A stretch of 64,000 nt of DNA from a bacterium. Lineage in GTDB: Bacteria > Desulfobacterota > Desulfocorpusculales > Desulfocorpusculum. Both the position numbers and the translations under genes were made by a program. The stretch is from the NCBI GenBank assembly GCA_037481695.1, contig JBBFLE010000002.1, positions 16,661 through 80,660 of the forward strand, read 5' to 3'. The notes under the pieces are model-generated. The model did not search any database and was not told the origin of the DNA. It saw only the letters and a list, made by a program, of their open reading frames with translations. Each line of letters starts with the position of its first letter. Position 1 is the first letter of the stretch. Below, in pieces: positions 18,721 to 28,426 of the stretch.

Positions 18721-21423
18721 TCACAGGAGGGTCACCAGCACCCCTGCGGCCACACCTATCTGGTAAAGCACGGTGGTGACATCCTTCAGGCCTTTCAGGA
18801 AAGGAACCCTCTCCAGATCCTCAGGCACAACGATGGTGTCTCCTGGATCCAGGTACCTGGCCTGGAAGTCGTTCACCTGGAAGCGATAAGCCTCGGCGTT
18901 CCAGGTCACCAGGCTGGAGAGCCTGGAGGGGCCAACAGCCCTGCCGTCCACCTTGAGCACGTATATCTCGCTGGTGTCGGCCTGAGGAGTGGGGCCTCCG
19001 GCCAGCTGCAGGTAATGTGCCACGGTTTTTCCCGGCTCGTACAGGAAGGCCGAGGGGTTGTACACAGCCCCCATGACATTTACCACATCCGTACGCTCCG
19101 GCACATGGATCATGTCCCCATCCTCCATCTCCACGTCCGAAGGTGTTCCCTCCAAGGCCCTTGGGTGGGAGACCTGAAGCACCAACCTGCCCGTTGGCTT
19201 GACCTGCCTGAGTCGGGCCAGCAGTTCCATGCGCCTCCTGGCGGCCTGGGCCTCCACTTCGGCCTCTTCTTTACTGGTGGCCCCTGCGGCCTTGCTCAAA
19301 TTCATGGAGGCTACCTGTGCCTCCAGGCGGGAGAGGGTCTCCTCCAGACGTTTCTGTTGAAGGGCCTGAATGGATCTTCTGGCGAAAAATACACCCTTGA
19401 GATAGGCTTTGTCGGTGAAGCCTCCTGCTCTGTTCAAAAGGGAGCTCAGTTTCTCGCCCTTTTTCACCGCATAGGCACCCGGATGCATGACCTCTCCGGT
19501 GAGATGCACAATCCTGTAAAGCTGCCAGTCGGGCACCGTGCGCACGAACAGATAGTCGTTCTCCTCCAGGGGCAAATCCTTGTCCTTCTCCTGTTTCAAG
19601 GCTGCTGCCAGGTCCAGGGTGAGCCTCTCTGTCACAGGGCCTTTCTGGGTTATCTTTACCCTGGTTAGCTCCCCCACGGCCGAGGCCTCGGGTCTTAGTC
19701 CTCCGGCCATCTTGATCAGGTCTGAGACGGTCATCTTCTCCCTCATACGGTACTCGCCGCTTCGCCAGACCGCACCGGTGACCCGCACAGTAGGCCGAAT
19801 GTTGAATTCTTCTTTACTGAAAACATAAATGGTGTCCTGGGGATGCAAGAGGAGGTCCTGCTCAGGATCTCTTTGCAAGGCCTTTCCCAGATCAAAGGAG
19901 CGCAGCTCCTCGTGATAATCAGGGGGCACCAGTCGCCTCACCAGCCCAAAGTCGAATATGGCCTCTGGCATGAGGTCCTCAGGCCGCCCCAGGATGTCGC
20001 TCACTCTCATCCCCTCCCTCCAGGCGTATACCCCCGGCCTCATCACATGGCCTGCCAAGCGCACCTCGTTTATGATGGAAGGGTTTATGGCAAAGACCTG
20101 CACTATGTCTCCGTCCTGAAGCTGTATGTCCTTTTCCCCCACCAGATCAGCCAAGGCAGTGTCCAGAACCATCCTGGCCCTTCCCTGGTACACCCTTTCC
20201 ACCTGGACCCTGTGGACGTAGGCAGTAGCAGTGGGGCCGCCGGCCATGGCCAGGACCTCGCTCAGGCGCCTCTCCCCCTTGAGCTCGTAGATGGCCGGCT
20301 GCTTGACCGAACCCGCAACGGCCACCAGAGGCCCCACATAAGGGATGAAAACCGTGTCTCCGTCCTGCAGGAGCCTGTCCTGACTCTTGTCTCCCTTGAG
20401 CAGGAAGTCATACAGGTCCATCCTGGCCAGGGTCTGACCGTTTCTGAGGAGCCTCACATCCCTCATGCTCCCGGTCTTGGAAGGACCCTGGGCTGCAAAA
20501 AGAGCGTTCATGATGGTGCTCATGTTTGTAAGCTCGTAAGTGCCTGGGACCCTGGCATTGCCCACCACAAAGACCCTGATCCCCCTGAGTTGGCCTAGGC
20601 CCACGCTCAAAGAGTAGCCCGAGTAGTACTTCTGGATCTCCTTGTCCAGGTGAGCCTTGAGACTGCCGTACGGAACGCCTGCCACGGGTATATCCCCCAC
20701 GGTGGGCAGGTGAATCTTTCCTTCCCTGTCCACCTTGAGGATGTAATCCCCCTGGATCTTTCCCCAGACCCTTACCTGTATCTCGTCCCCAGGACCGATC
20801 CTGTAAGAGGGCTCGGGCACCCTTGCATCCACCGGAAGAGAGGGCGTCACCTGGGCCCTGGCAAACATGGCGTATCCGAACTGGGTGAGCTTTCGGTCTA
20901 TATGAGCTGGAAACTTGCCTTGCACATATTGTTCGAAGGCAGACGTCTCTTCTGTGGGAATAGAGGCCCATTTCTGAGCCGAGGCCGGAAGCTCCCGGCC
21001 TCCAAAGGTGTCAGGCTTTTCACTGAAGGAGCCCTCTGCTGCCCTGGACTCCGCGGTGGCAGCCTCGGGCGCCCCATCGGGTGGGGGACTCACACCAAGG
21101 GGAGCCTGGGGCCCCCTGAGGGGTTCCAGGCCAGAGCCTGCTCCAGGCGGAGCCTGCTTAACCCTCATCTCCCTGGCCTTCTCCAGAATCTCCGCAGGGA
21201 TCTCCTGCCCTGGAGCTTGAGCCTGGGGGCTACCGCTTGGGGCCGTGACCCCTAGGCCTTGGCTGCTTGGGACACCAGAGGGTAAGGCACGGCCTCCACC
21301 CGGACCTTGAAAGGGAATCTCCACGGCCTGAAAAGCCACGGAGCTTCCACCTAAGGCAAAGATGCTGAAAAACAAGATTTGAAAAAACCCAGACACCACT
21401 TTTGGCTTCCCCAAAAGCTTCAT
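18721..21423 (-). CDS. polysaccharide export protein (Wza-like, multiple SLBB domains)
   Basis: Signal peptide from the ATG at 21423 (MKLLGKPKVVSGFFQILFFSIFALGGSSVAFQA). Repeated SLBB-like units (IGPGDEIQVRVWG..., LQDGDTVFIPY, LQDGDIVQVF, EDGDMIHVP, LDPGDTIVVP). C-terminal hydrophobic helix. Confidence 0.75.
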   Translation of the reverse strand: MKLLGKPKVVSGFFQILFFSIFALGGSSVAFQAVEIPFQGPGGGRALPSGVPSSQGLGVTAPSGSPQAQAPGQEIPAEILEKAREMRVKQAPPGAGSGLEPLRGPQAPLGVSPPPDGAPEAATAESRAAEGSFSEKPDTFGGRELPASAQKWASIPTEETSAFEQYVQGKFPAHIDRKLTQFGYAMFARAQVTPSLPVDARVPEPSYRIGPGDEIQVRVWGKIQGDYILKVDREGKIHLPTVGDIPVAGVPYGSLKAHLDKEIQKYYSGYSLSVGLGQLRGIRVFVVGNARVPGTYELTNMSTIMNALFAAQGPSKTGSMRDVRLLRNGQTLARMDLYDFLLKGDKSQDRLLQDGDTVFIPYVGPLVAVAGSVKQPAIYELKGERRLSEVLAMAGGPTATAYVHRVQVERVYQGRARMVLDTALADLVGEKDIQLQDGDIVQVFAINPSIINEVRLAGHVMRPGVYAWREGMRVSDILGRPEDLMPEAIFDFGLVRRLVPPDYHEELRSFDLGKALQRDPEQDLLLHPQDTIYVFSKEEFNIRPTVRVTGAVWRSGEYRMREKMTVSDLIKMAGGLRPEASAVGELTRVKITQKGPVTERLTLDLAAALKQEKDKDLPLEENDYLFVRTVPDWQLYRIVHLTGEVMHPGAYAVKKGEKLSSLLNRAGGFTDKAYLKGVFFARRSIQALQQKRLEETLSRLEAQVASMNLSKAAGATSKEEAEVEAQAARRRMELLARLRQVKPTGRLVLQVSHPRALEGTPSDVEMEDGDMIHVPERTDVVNVMGAVYNPSAFLYEPGKTVAHYLQLAGGPTPQADTSEIYVLKVDGRAVGPSRLSSLVTWNAEAYRFQVNDFQARYLDPGDTIVVPEDLERVPFLKGLKDVTTVLYQIGVAAGVLVTLL

Positions 21424-21563
21424 GGAAGCACCCCTGATCCCTCTAAATTTGCAGGAACCCTCTCCAAAGGATCCCCCAATGCCAACTCCCCAAGCCGTGC
21501 CCCCCTTTTTCAACCATCACAGCCCACCAGGAGACCACTCCCCCCGGTCTTCTTGGCACTTTC

Positions 21564-22238
21564 TCAAGGGGCAGCAGATGCAGCTATCAAGGTGGCCTCC
21601 TGGTTGTCCTCCTGAACCGCGTAGACCAATACTCCTACAATCTCCAAATAAGGTGCTGAAGGAACAGGTGTGACCCCCGATGCCCAAAGATTGAGCGTGC
21701 CGTTTAGGGTCTTGTTGACCTTGACCACGCCCGAATTGTTGGCCAAGACATCATCAACCCAAAAACCACCCACTTGCCAAAGGGGCTCGAAACATCCTAT
21801 CCAGTTGCACCTGTCCCAGGTGGCATTGAACATGTAAGGCCCTGTTTGTCCTGCCCGATGCATCCTGGTTATGAAGGTGACAAAATAGGATTGGCCCAAG
21901 GTCCCAAGATAGGTACCTGTGGAATTGGTGATGGTAGCCGGAAGCTTTGGAACCCTGCTCAGGTTGACGGCTATCTTGAACTTGTCTGGATTTCTTGTGG
22001 TAGTGAGCTTGACCGTGCCCGTTATATTGGCCAGCTGTAAGGCAGCCCTCCCGTAAATATCCTGAGCCCATGAGGTACTTTCTGGGGTGTTTGCGGCCGC
22101 CCAACTGGCCCAATCAGCCACATTGTTGTATGAGACGTTGAAGGTTATGCTTTGTGCCAGGGCCTGTGTGGAGGCCAACAAAACCGTTCCCAGAACCATT
22201 GCCCAAGTCAATCTCTTTGCCCTCTTTTTCATCTCCAC
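21564..22238 (-). CDS. hypothetical secreted protein
   Basis: 224 aa with N-terminal signal peptide (MKKRAKRLTWAMVLGTVLLASTQALAQ), Asn/Thr/Trp-rich mature part. No recognised domain. Confidence 0.5.
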   Translation of the reverse strand: MEMKKRAKRLTWAMVLGTVLLASTQALAQSITFNVSYNNVADWASWAAANTPESTSWAQDIYGRAALQLANITGTVKLTTTRNPDKFKIAVNLSRVPKLPATITNSTGTYLGTLGQSYFVTFITRMHRAGQTGPYMFNATWDRCNWIGCFEPLWQVGGFWVDDVLANNSGVVKVNKTLNGTLNLWASGVTPVPSAPYLEIVGVLVYAVQEDNQEATLIAASAAP

Positions 22239-22328
22239 GCCTCCTTCCTTCGAGATTCCCTCCCTTGTACAAGGGAGCCAAAAGCCAGATCAGAAATCGG
22301 GCCTCAAGCCTTGGCCATGGGCCCTCTG

Positions 22329-23498
22329 TCACAGGGCTTTTTGAATCAAAGTAGCCACCTTCTCCTGCACATCAGGGCTAAGATAAGGGTGCATGGGAAG
22401 ACTCAGGATCCTTTGGGCAGTATCCTCGCTCACGGGAAAATCTCCCTCGTGGTAACCCATATGGGCAAAGGCGGGCTGCAGATGAAGGGGCTTGGGGTAG
22501 TAGACCATGGTGGGTATGCCCTCTTCCTTTAGCCTTCCCCTGAGCCTTTCTCTTTGCCCATGGTCCTGAGCCAGGATGCAGAACTGAGCCCAGGCGCTTT
22601 TGCATTGCTGGGGTATCCTGGGAACTCTTATTCCAGCACATCCTGCCAGAAGAGCCGAGTATCGCGCTGCCACCTCCTGGCGAAGCGCCAATTCCTCTTG
22701 GAATATCTCCAGCTTTGCAAGGAGCACAGCCGCCTGAATAGTGTCCAGCCTTCCGTTTAAGCCCACCCGTACATGCTCGTACTTGTCCCTGCCAGCCCCA
22801 TGAACCCTTATGGAGCGAAGCACAGATGCAATCTCATCATGTCTTGTGAAACACATGCCTCCATCCCCGTACGCCCCCAGAGGCTTGGCAGGAAAGAAAG
22901 ATGTGGCCCCGCAATCGGCCAGCCCTCCGGCCCTGCGGCCTCCCCTCTCACCACCTAAAGATTGTGCGGCATCCTCGATCACCCAAAGATCCCTGGATGT
23001 TGCCAGAGAGCAGATGGCATCGTACTCTGCGGGCAGGCCAAAAAGATCCACGGCTATGACACAGCGGGCCCTTGATATCTTGCCAACCATTTCCCTTGGA
23101 AGGGGATGGATACCGGAGTCCTTTCTTTCCAAGGCCTCCACGGCCCTGGCCAATTGCTCTGGAGCCAGGTTGAAGGTATTGGGATCTATGTCCACGAAGA
23201 TTGGCATGGCCCCTACCAGCATCACTGCTTCTGCAGTGGCTGCAAAGGTAAAGGGAGTGGTCAATACCCCGTCGCCTGGGCCCACACCCAGGGCCATGAG
23301 AAGCATCACCAGAGCATCGGTGCCTGAAGAGCAGGCCACCGCATGCTTGACTCCCACGAAGCAGGCCAACCTCTCCTCAAGCTCTGCCACCTCGGGCCCC
23401 ATCACGTATTGGCCGTGCTCCAGGACCCTCTGTATCCTCTGTAGGAGCTGGTCCTTGATACGTCTTTGCTGAGCAGCCAGGTCAACGAAGGGGATCAT
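22329..23498 (-). CDS. DegT/DnrJ/EryC1/StrS-family PLP-dependent sugar aminotransferase
   Basis: Typical N-terminus MIPFVDLAAQQRRIKDQL from the ATG at 23498 (preceded by a GGAGG-like site) and fold-type-I aminotransferase body. The longer track ORF (to 23768) would overlap the upstream caspase gene. Confidence 0.85.
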   Translation of the reverse strand: MIPFVDLAAQQRRIKDQLLQRIQRVLEHGQYVMGPEVAELEERLACFVGVKHAVACSSGTDALVMLLMALGVGPGDGVLTTPFTFAATAEAVMLVGAMPIFVDIDPNTFNLAPEQLARAVEALERKDSGIHPLPREMVGKISRARCVIAVDLFGLPAEYDAICSLATSRDLWVIEDAAQSLGGERGGRRAGGLADCGATSFFPAKPLGAYGDGGMCFTRHDEIASVLRSIRVHGAGRDKYEHVRVGLNGRLDTIQAAVLLAKLEIFQEELALRQEVAARYSALLAGCAGIRVPRIPQQCKSAWAQFCILAQDHGQRERLRGRLKEEGIPTMVYYPKPLHLQPAFAHMGYHEGDFPVSEDTAQRILSLPMHPYLSPDVQEKVATLIQKAL

Positions 23499-23539
23499 GG
23501 CCTGCTCTTTCCCACTGCCTACATGTCCCATCTCCCACC

Positions 23540-24361
23540 TCACTGGAAAGGCTCCAGCATTCTTTTGGTCCTTGAGGATTTGGGACCTTCCAATTGGGGC
23601 ACCTGGCTGAAACCATTGAACTTCAAAGAGGCTCGCACCCTTCTGAGAAGCTCGCCCCGGGGGATATCCCCACCTGTATCTCTTAGATGTTTGCAAAGAT
23701 AGTATGTGAAAGCTCCGTTGAAAGCACCGCCTATGAAGGCATCTGCCGAGGTTTGGTTCTCCCGGCATCCAGCAAAAAGCACATGCCCCATGGGATTTGC
23801 GCCTCTGAGAAGCCTTCTGACGGGCAGCTCCTCATCCACCCTGGCCTGTATGTCTGCAGGAGGCTCCAGAAACCTTGGGTACATGGCCATTTCCATGGGC
23901 AAAAGGCTCAGGGCCGCCATCTCCCTGGTGCCGGTCCCTGAGTGGCAGCAGTCCAGGATCACCTCCAGGACAGCTCCCTGGGGCAGCCTGGCAAAAATCC
24001 CTTTCAGGTCATCATCTGAGATGTACTTACCCTCCCAGTTCATGTCATGGGGACAGATCACTTCGTCCATATGGTCGCGAAGCTCGTCTCCGTCCCGGTC
24101 CCTGACCTGGGAGCCGTGGCCTGAGAAATGAAACAGAAGCCTGTCTGCTGGGCCAGCATCCTTCACAAGCCATTCCAGCCTCTCCAGGATGGCCTCCCGG
24201 GTGGCACGCTCATCCACCACAAGGCGTACCTGCTCGGCCTGGAAGCCAAAATACTTGAGGAGCACGTCCCTCATGTTGGTCACGTCATTGACGCACCCCT
24301 GCAGATCACACCCAGGCAAACTATACTTGTTAATTCCGACCAGGAGGGCTTTTGGGGCCAT
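23540..24361 (-). CDS. caspase-family (peptidase C14, metacaspase-like) protein
   Basis: 273 aa with ALLVGINKY...L.GCVNDV N-terminus, catalytic His region (HFSGHGSQ) and catalytic Cys region (EVILDCCHSGTG). Confidence 0.75.
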   Translation of the reverse strand: MAPKALLVGINKYSLPGCDLQGCVNDVTNMRDVLLKYFGFQAEQVRLVVDERATREAILERLEWLVKDAGPADRLLFHFSGHGSQVRDRDGDELRDHMDEVICPHDMNWEGKYISDDDLKGIFARLPQGAVLEVILDCCHSGTGTREMAALSLLPMEMAMYPRFLEPPADIQARVDEELPVRRLLRGANPMGHVLFAGCRENQTSADAFIGGAFNGAFTYYLCKHLRDTGGDIPRGELLRRVRASLKFNGFSQVPQLEGPKSSRTKRMLEPFQ

Positions 24362-24691
24362 TGTCTCCCCCTTTCACCCAGCTCCCTTCATTCCCTGCCG
24401 TACACGTGGGAAAGAGCCGAAAACTCCCGCACCACTTCCAGACGGTCCTGCTCCAAAAATCTCTCTATGGCTTTCCTGGCAACACACCTGGAGTAGCGAG
24501 CCCAGCAGTTCTCTTTTTCACAGAAACTGTGTTTGGCACCTTCTTCCCCCTTCATTCTGTGATGAGAACACAAAAAACAAGAACGCAAGAGCATACCCAC
24601 CTCCTAAAGTGCGTGGAAAGAAGGCCTCTTGGGCCCCCTGGAAAGGATCTTGCCGTGGAAGAGCACCATTTTCTGACCCAAGGTCTGCAGA

Positions 24692-25240
24692 TCACGGAGC
24701 CCTCTCGATCAAAGATTCGTGAAGATGCACCCTGGCTTGAAACCCTAGCACAGCCAGGAGGATCTCAACCCTTCCCTGATCGTCCAGATCCCGCTCGAAG
24801 ATCCCCAAAAGGTCCTTGAAAGGGCCTGAAACTATCCTGACCCTGTCTTTGGGGCGCAGACGCCTTCCCACCCTTACAAGCCCATGAGAGTCCATCTGGC
24901 TTCTGATGGTGCTGATCACCTCATCCGGCACCGATGTGGGTTCCCCCTGGGTGCCCAACACCCGCCTGACTCCCCTGGTCCAAACAACCTGCGGATACTC
25001 ATCGGGATAATGGAAACGGGCAAAAAGGTATGATGGGAAAAGAGGTCTGATGGCCTCCCTGGCCTTGAACCTCCTGAAACGCACCACCCGAATCTTTGGA
25101 AAAAACAACTCCAGACCTTTCTCGGCCAGGTGAACCAGGGCCCTTTCTTCTTCTTTGGGATTGGTTTGAACAACGAACCATCTGGGTGTGCATTCCCCCG
25201 AAGGAGTGATGCTGGCTCCTTCCATCACTGATCGACTCAT
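24692..25240 (-). CDS. NusG-family transcription antiterminator paralog (UpxY/LoaP/RfaH-like)
   Basis: 182 aa with NGN domain (WFVVQTNPKEE...PLFPSYLFARF) and KOW-like C-terminus (RVRIVSGPFKDLLGIF). First gene of the minus-strand polysaccharide locus. Confidence 0.75.
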   Translation of the reverse strand: MSRSVMEGASITPSGECTPRWFVVQTNPKEEERALVHLAEKGLELFFPKIRVVRFRRFKAREAIRPLFPSYLFARFHYPDEYPQVVWTRGVRRVLGTQGEPTSVPDEVISTIRSQMDSHGLVRVGRRLRPKDRVRIVSGPFKDLLGIFERDLDDQGRVEILLAVLGFQARVHLHESLIERAP

Positions 25241-25421
25241 AGGGCCTCCTTAGCGCCCCTTAAGGCCCAATTCCGTCGCATCGGGTTTTGGGACAAAATG
25301 GGTTTATGATATGTACACCGTCACCATTGACTTGTCAAGCTCATGAAACTCTACCCCGTTTGTACATAAATCGCCAGGGAACTCTTGTCCTGCTTGACTT
25401 CTCGTGCCTTTCTGTTTCACA

Positions 25422-26837
25422 ATGCGGATCCAAGAAGTGCTTTGGTTTTTTTCCTATGGGAAAATTTCTTCTGCAGATCGAGGAGCTCAGGTGTCTTCTC
25501 TCCAGAGACCGCAGACAGACCTTCCTCAGATATATACTGTAAGCAGGCTTACTCAGGAAATCAGGGATATTTTGGAAGGAAGGTTCCCTTCCATATGGGT
25601 GGAGGGGGAGATCTCGAATTTCCACCTACATTCTTCAGGCCACATGTATTTTATCTTAAAGGATGAACGTTCCCAGATCAGGGCCGTCATGTTCAGGGGC
25701 CAGGCCAAGGAGTTGAGTTTCAGGCCTGAAGACGGAATGCACGTACTTTGCCTTGGAAGAATAGGGGTTTATGAGGCCAGAGGGGAATACCAGCTTTACC
25801 TTGACTTCCTGGAGCCCAAAGGCGTTGGGGCCATGCTCCTGGCCGTGGAGCAGCTCAAGGCAAGGCTGGCCCTGGAGGGTTTGTTTGATCCTTCCCGCAA
25901 GAGACCCCTGCCTTTCTTGCCTAGATGCGTGGGAATAGTCACATCTCCCACCGGAGCAGTCATAAGGGACATGCTGCAGATTCTGGGCAGGCGTTTCCCC
26001 AATTTGCATGTGTTGGTGAGGCCTGCCAGAGTCCAGGGTGAAGGGGCGGCCCAGGAGATCTCCCAAGGCATAAGGGACCTGAATGAGTGGCCAGGAGTAG
26101 ACCTCATAGTGGTGGCCAGGGGAGGTGGCTCCCTGGAGGACCTTTGGGCCTTCAACCAGGAAGAGCTGGCCCGCACCATAGCCTCCTCCAGGATTCCCGT
26201 GGTGAGCGCAGTGGGACACGAGGTGGATTACACCATAGCCGATTTGGTGGCTGACCTCAGGGCTCCCACACCTTCGGCTGCAGCCGAGTTGATAGTTCCT
26301 GTCCATGCCCAACTTCACAGAAATCTGAGCGATTTGGCAGCACAGTTGTTCTCGGCCATGAGAAAACAAATAAAAAGGCTAAGGGAGGAGCTAAAGGGAT
26401 TGGTGAGCAGGCCGCCCCAATTGAGACGCCGTCTTGCCCAAGAAAGAATCGGCCTAGACGAGCTTCACCAGAGACTCCAGAATTCCATGGGGCAGATCCT
26501 GGAAAGAGCCAGACTGGAAAGGCAGCACCTGCTTCAAAGCCTTTCTCATCTGGATCCCAGGGCCAGCATACCTGCACTGAGAGCAGAGCTAGCGGCTATT
26601 GCCCAAAGACTAAGCTCCTCTTTCAAGTTCAGTCTCCAGGAAGGCCGGGCAGCTCTGGAAAGGGAAAAAGGCCTTCTTTATTCCTTAAGCCCTGCTCAGG
26701 TTCTGGCCAGAGGTTACAGCATCGTGAGGCTGCTGCCCCAGCAGAAGGTGGTGATGGATTCCTCTTCTTTGAAAGAGGGAGACCTGCTCAGAATCACCTT
26801 CCACAAAGGGGAAAGTACCTGCAGGGTGGAGAAATAA
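25422..26837 (+). CDS. xseA: exodeoxyribonuclease VII large subunit
   Basis: OB-fold N-terminus (IYTVSRLTQEIRDILEGRFPSIWVEGEISNFHLHSSGHMYFILKD), catalytic core, coiled-coil C-terminus. Start uncertain: GTG at 25404 or ATG at 25422. No xseB seen downstream. Confidence 0.85.
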   Translation: MRIQEVLWFFSYGKISSADRGAQVSSLQRPQTDLPQIYTVSRLTQEIRDILEGRFPSIWVEGEISNFHLHSSGHMYFILKDERSQIRAVMFRGQAKELSFRPEDGMHVLCLGRIGVYEARGEYQLYLDFLEPKGVGAMLLAVEQLKARLALEGLFDPSRKRPLPFLPRCVGIVTSPTGAVIRDMLQILGRRFPNLHVLVRPARVQGEGAAQEISQGIRDLNEWPGVDLIVVARGGGSLEDLWAFNQEELARTIASSRIPVVSAVGHEVDYTIADLVADLRAPTPSAAAELIVPVHAQLHRNLSDLAAQLFSAMRKQIKRLREELKGLVSRPPQLRRRLAQERIGLDELHQRLQNSMGQILERARLERQHLLQSLSHLDPRASIPALRAELAAIAQRLSSSFKFSLQEGRAALEREKGLLYSLSPAQVLARGYSIVRLLPQQKVVMDSSSLKEGDLLRITFHKGESTCRVEK

Positions 26838-27059
26838 ACGGGGGCAAGGCCCCATGAATAGCAAAATGTCTGAAGCCAGGTGCTCTAAGTTGCCCATGGC
26901 CCCCAAAAACCCTTAGAGATGTGCCGCGGTCTTGACAGCCAAGCACGGTTTGGACATCATGGGGCGCGTGGAGCAGCCCTGGGGCACAAAGCCCAGAGAA
27001 GCTCTTGGATGAGTTGAGGAGGCTCAACGAGTATCTTTGGAGGGTGGGATCCCGAGAAG

Positions 27060-27710
27060 ATGAGAGGTGCATTTTGCTTGTTGTGGATTACATTCATTGC
27101 CACAAGCCTTTCCTGCAGCAATCCGGGGATGTGGAGTTGGAGGCCCTCTGCCCTTCCCACAGCTCAAGAGGAAACAGCTGACAGCAAAGTTGAGGCCCCT
27201 TCTCCTCAAGATCTTTCTTCCAACCCAGAGCCAGTTCAGGTGGCTTCCCTCAGGCCGGAGGATTTGGGAGGTAAGACCGCCTCGGAGGCTCTTCAGGCAG
27301 ACTGGATCGTGGTGATCAAGAGCCAGAGGATCATGCGCCTGTTGAGAGGCGGTGAGGTCATAAGGCAGTACGAGATTTCCCTTGGGAAAAACCCCAATGG
27401 GCCCAAGATGCGCCAGGGTGACAACAGAACCCCTGAGGGGCTCTATGTCATATCCGGTCGAAATCCCAAGAGCGCTTACCACCTGGCCCTAAAGATATCC
27501 TACCCCGACCCCATAGATCTCATAAACGCTCACTCCATGGGTGCCAAGCCTGGTGGAAACGTGATGATTCATGGACTTCCCAATGGGGTGAAGAACAAGT
27601 ACCGTATGGAGAAGGATTGGACCAATGGCTGTATCGCGGTCTCCAATGAGGAGATCGAGGAGATCTGGAACCTGGTCCCAGACGGAACCCCCATAGAAAT
27701 TCTGCCCTGA
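27060..27710 (+). CDS. L,D-transpeptidase (YkuD/ErfK domain), probable lipoprotein
   Basis: Signal peptide with lipobox-like LSCS, then YkuD catalytic region (NVMIHG ... TNGCIAVSNEEIEEIW). Confidence 0.75.
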   Translation: MRGAFCLLWITFIATSLSCSNPGMWSWRPSALPTAQEETADSKVEAPSPQDLSSNPEPVQVASLRPEDLGGKTASEALQADWIVVIKSQRIMRLLRGGEVIRQYEISLGKNPNGPKMRQGDNRTPEGLYVISGRNPKSAYHLALKISYPDPIDLINAHSMGAKPGGNVMIHGLPNGVKNKYRMEKDWTNGCIAVSNEEIEEIWNLVPDGTPIEILP

Positions 27711-27778
27711 AGTCTCCCGGTGTTTCCAGGGGCAGCTCAAGGAATTGTAGGCCCCATGGCCTGCTGGAAGAATCCTTC

Positions 27779-28426
27779 ATGTATGAGGCTATCATCTTTG
27801 ATTTGGACGGCACACTTCTGGACACCCTCCAGGATCTGGCCAATGCCATGAACCGTGTCCTGGAGAATTGGGGGCTTCCCATCCACGCCGTGGAAGAATA
27901 CAGGCTCTTTGTGGGAGACGGGGTGGAAAACCTGGTAAGACGGGCTCTTCCCCAAAACATGCGGGATCCCCTTACCTTGTCCAGAGGGGTAGCCGCCATG
28001 CGGGAAGAGTATTCCAGGAGTTGGGCATTGTGCACAAGAGCCTACCCAGGGGTGGCAGAACTGCTAGATGGGCTTTGCGCCAAGTCGGTTCCCATGGCTA
28101 TTCTTTCCAACAAGCCTGACGACTTCACCAAGCAGATGGTCAAAACCATGCTGGATTCGTGGAGGTTTTACCCTGTGCTTGGGGAGAGGCCCCTGGTCCC
28201 CAGAAAGCCTGATCCTACAGGTGCCCTTGAGATAGCTTCCATTCTAAGAATAAGGCCTGAGAGATTTCTGTACCTGGGAGATACTGACACAGACATGAAA
28301 ACAGCAGTGGCCGCAGGGATGTACCCTGTGGGGGCTCTCTGGGGGTTCAGAAGCGCCCAGGAGCTTCTTATGGCAGGAGCCAGGAGGCTTGTGAGCAAGC
28401 CCCAGGAACTGCTGGAGTTTTTTTGA
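27779..28426 (+). CDS. HAD-family hydrolase (phosphoglycolate phosphatase-like)
   Basis: HAD motif I IIFDLDGTLLDT near the N-terminus, motif II/III-like LSNK and GDTDTDM. Confidence 0.8.
   Translation: MYEAIIFDLDGTLLDTLQDLANAMNRVLENWGLPIHAVEEYRLFVGDGVENLVRRALPQNMRDPLTLSRGVAAMREEYSRSWALCTRAYPGVAELLDGLCAKSVPMAILSNKPDDFTKQMVKTMLDSWRFYPVLGERPLVPRKPDPTGALEIASILRIRPERFLYLGDTDTDMKTAVAAGMYPVGALWGFRSAQELLMAGARRLVSKPQELLEFF

Noticed and set aside
18505-20598. 387-aa and 251-aa plus-strand ORFs
   Set aside because: Antisense to the YjbH-like and Wza-like genes; translations are Gly/His/Leu/Pro-rich without motifs.
21564-22238. PEP-CTERM sorting signal on the secreted 224-aa protein
   Set aside because: The C-terminus (…EATLIAASAAP) lacks the PEP motif, hydrophobic helix and basic tail pattern.
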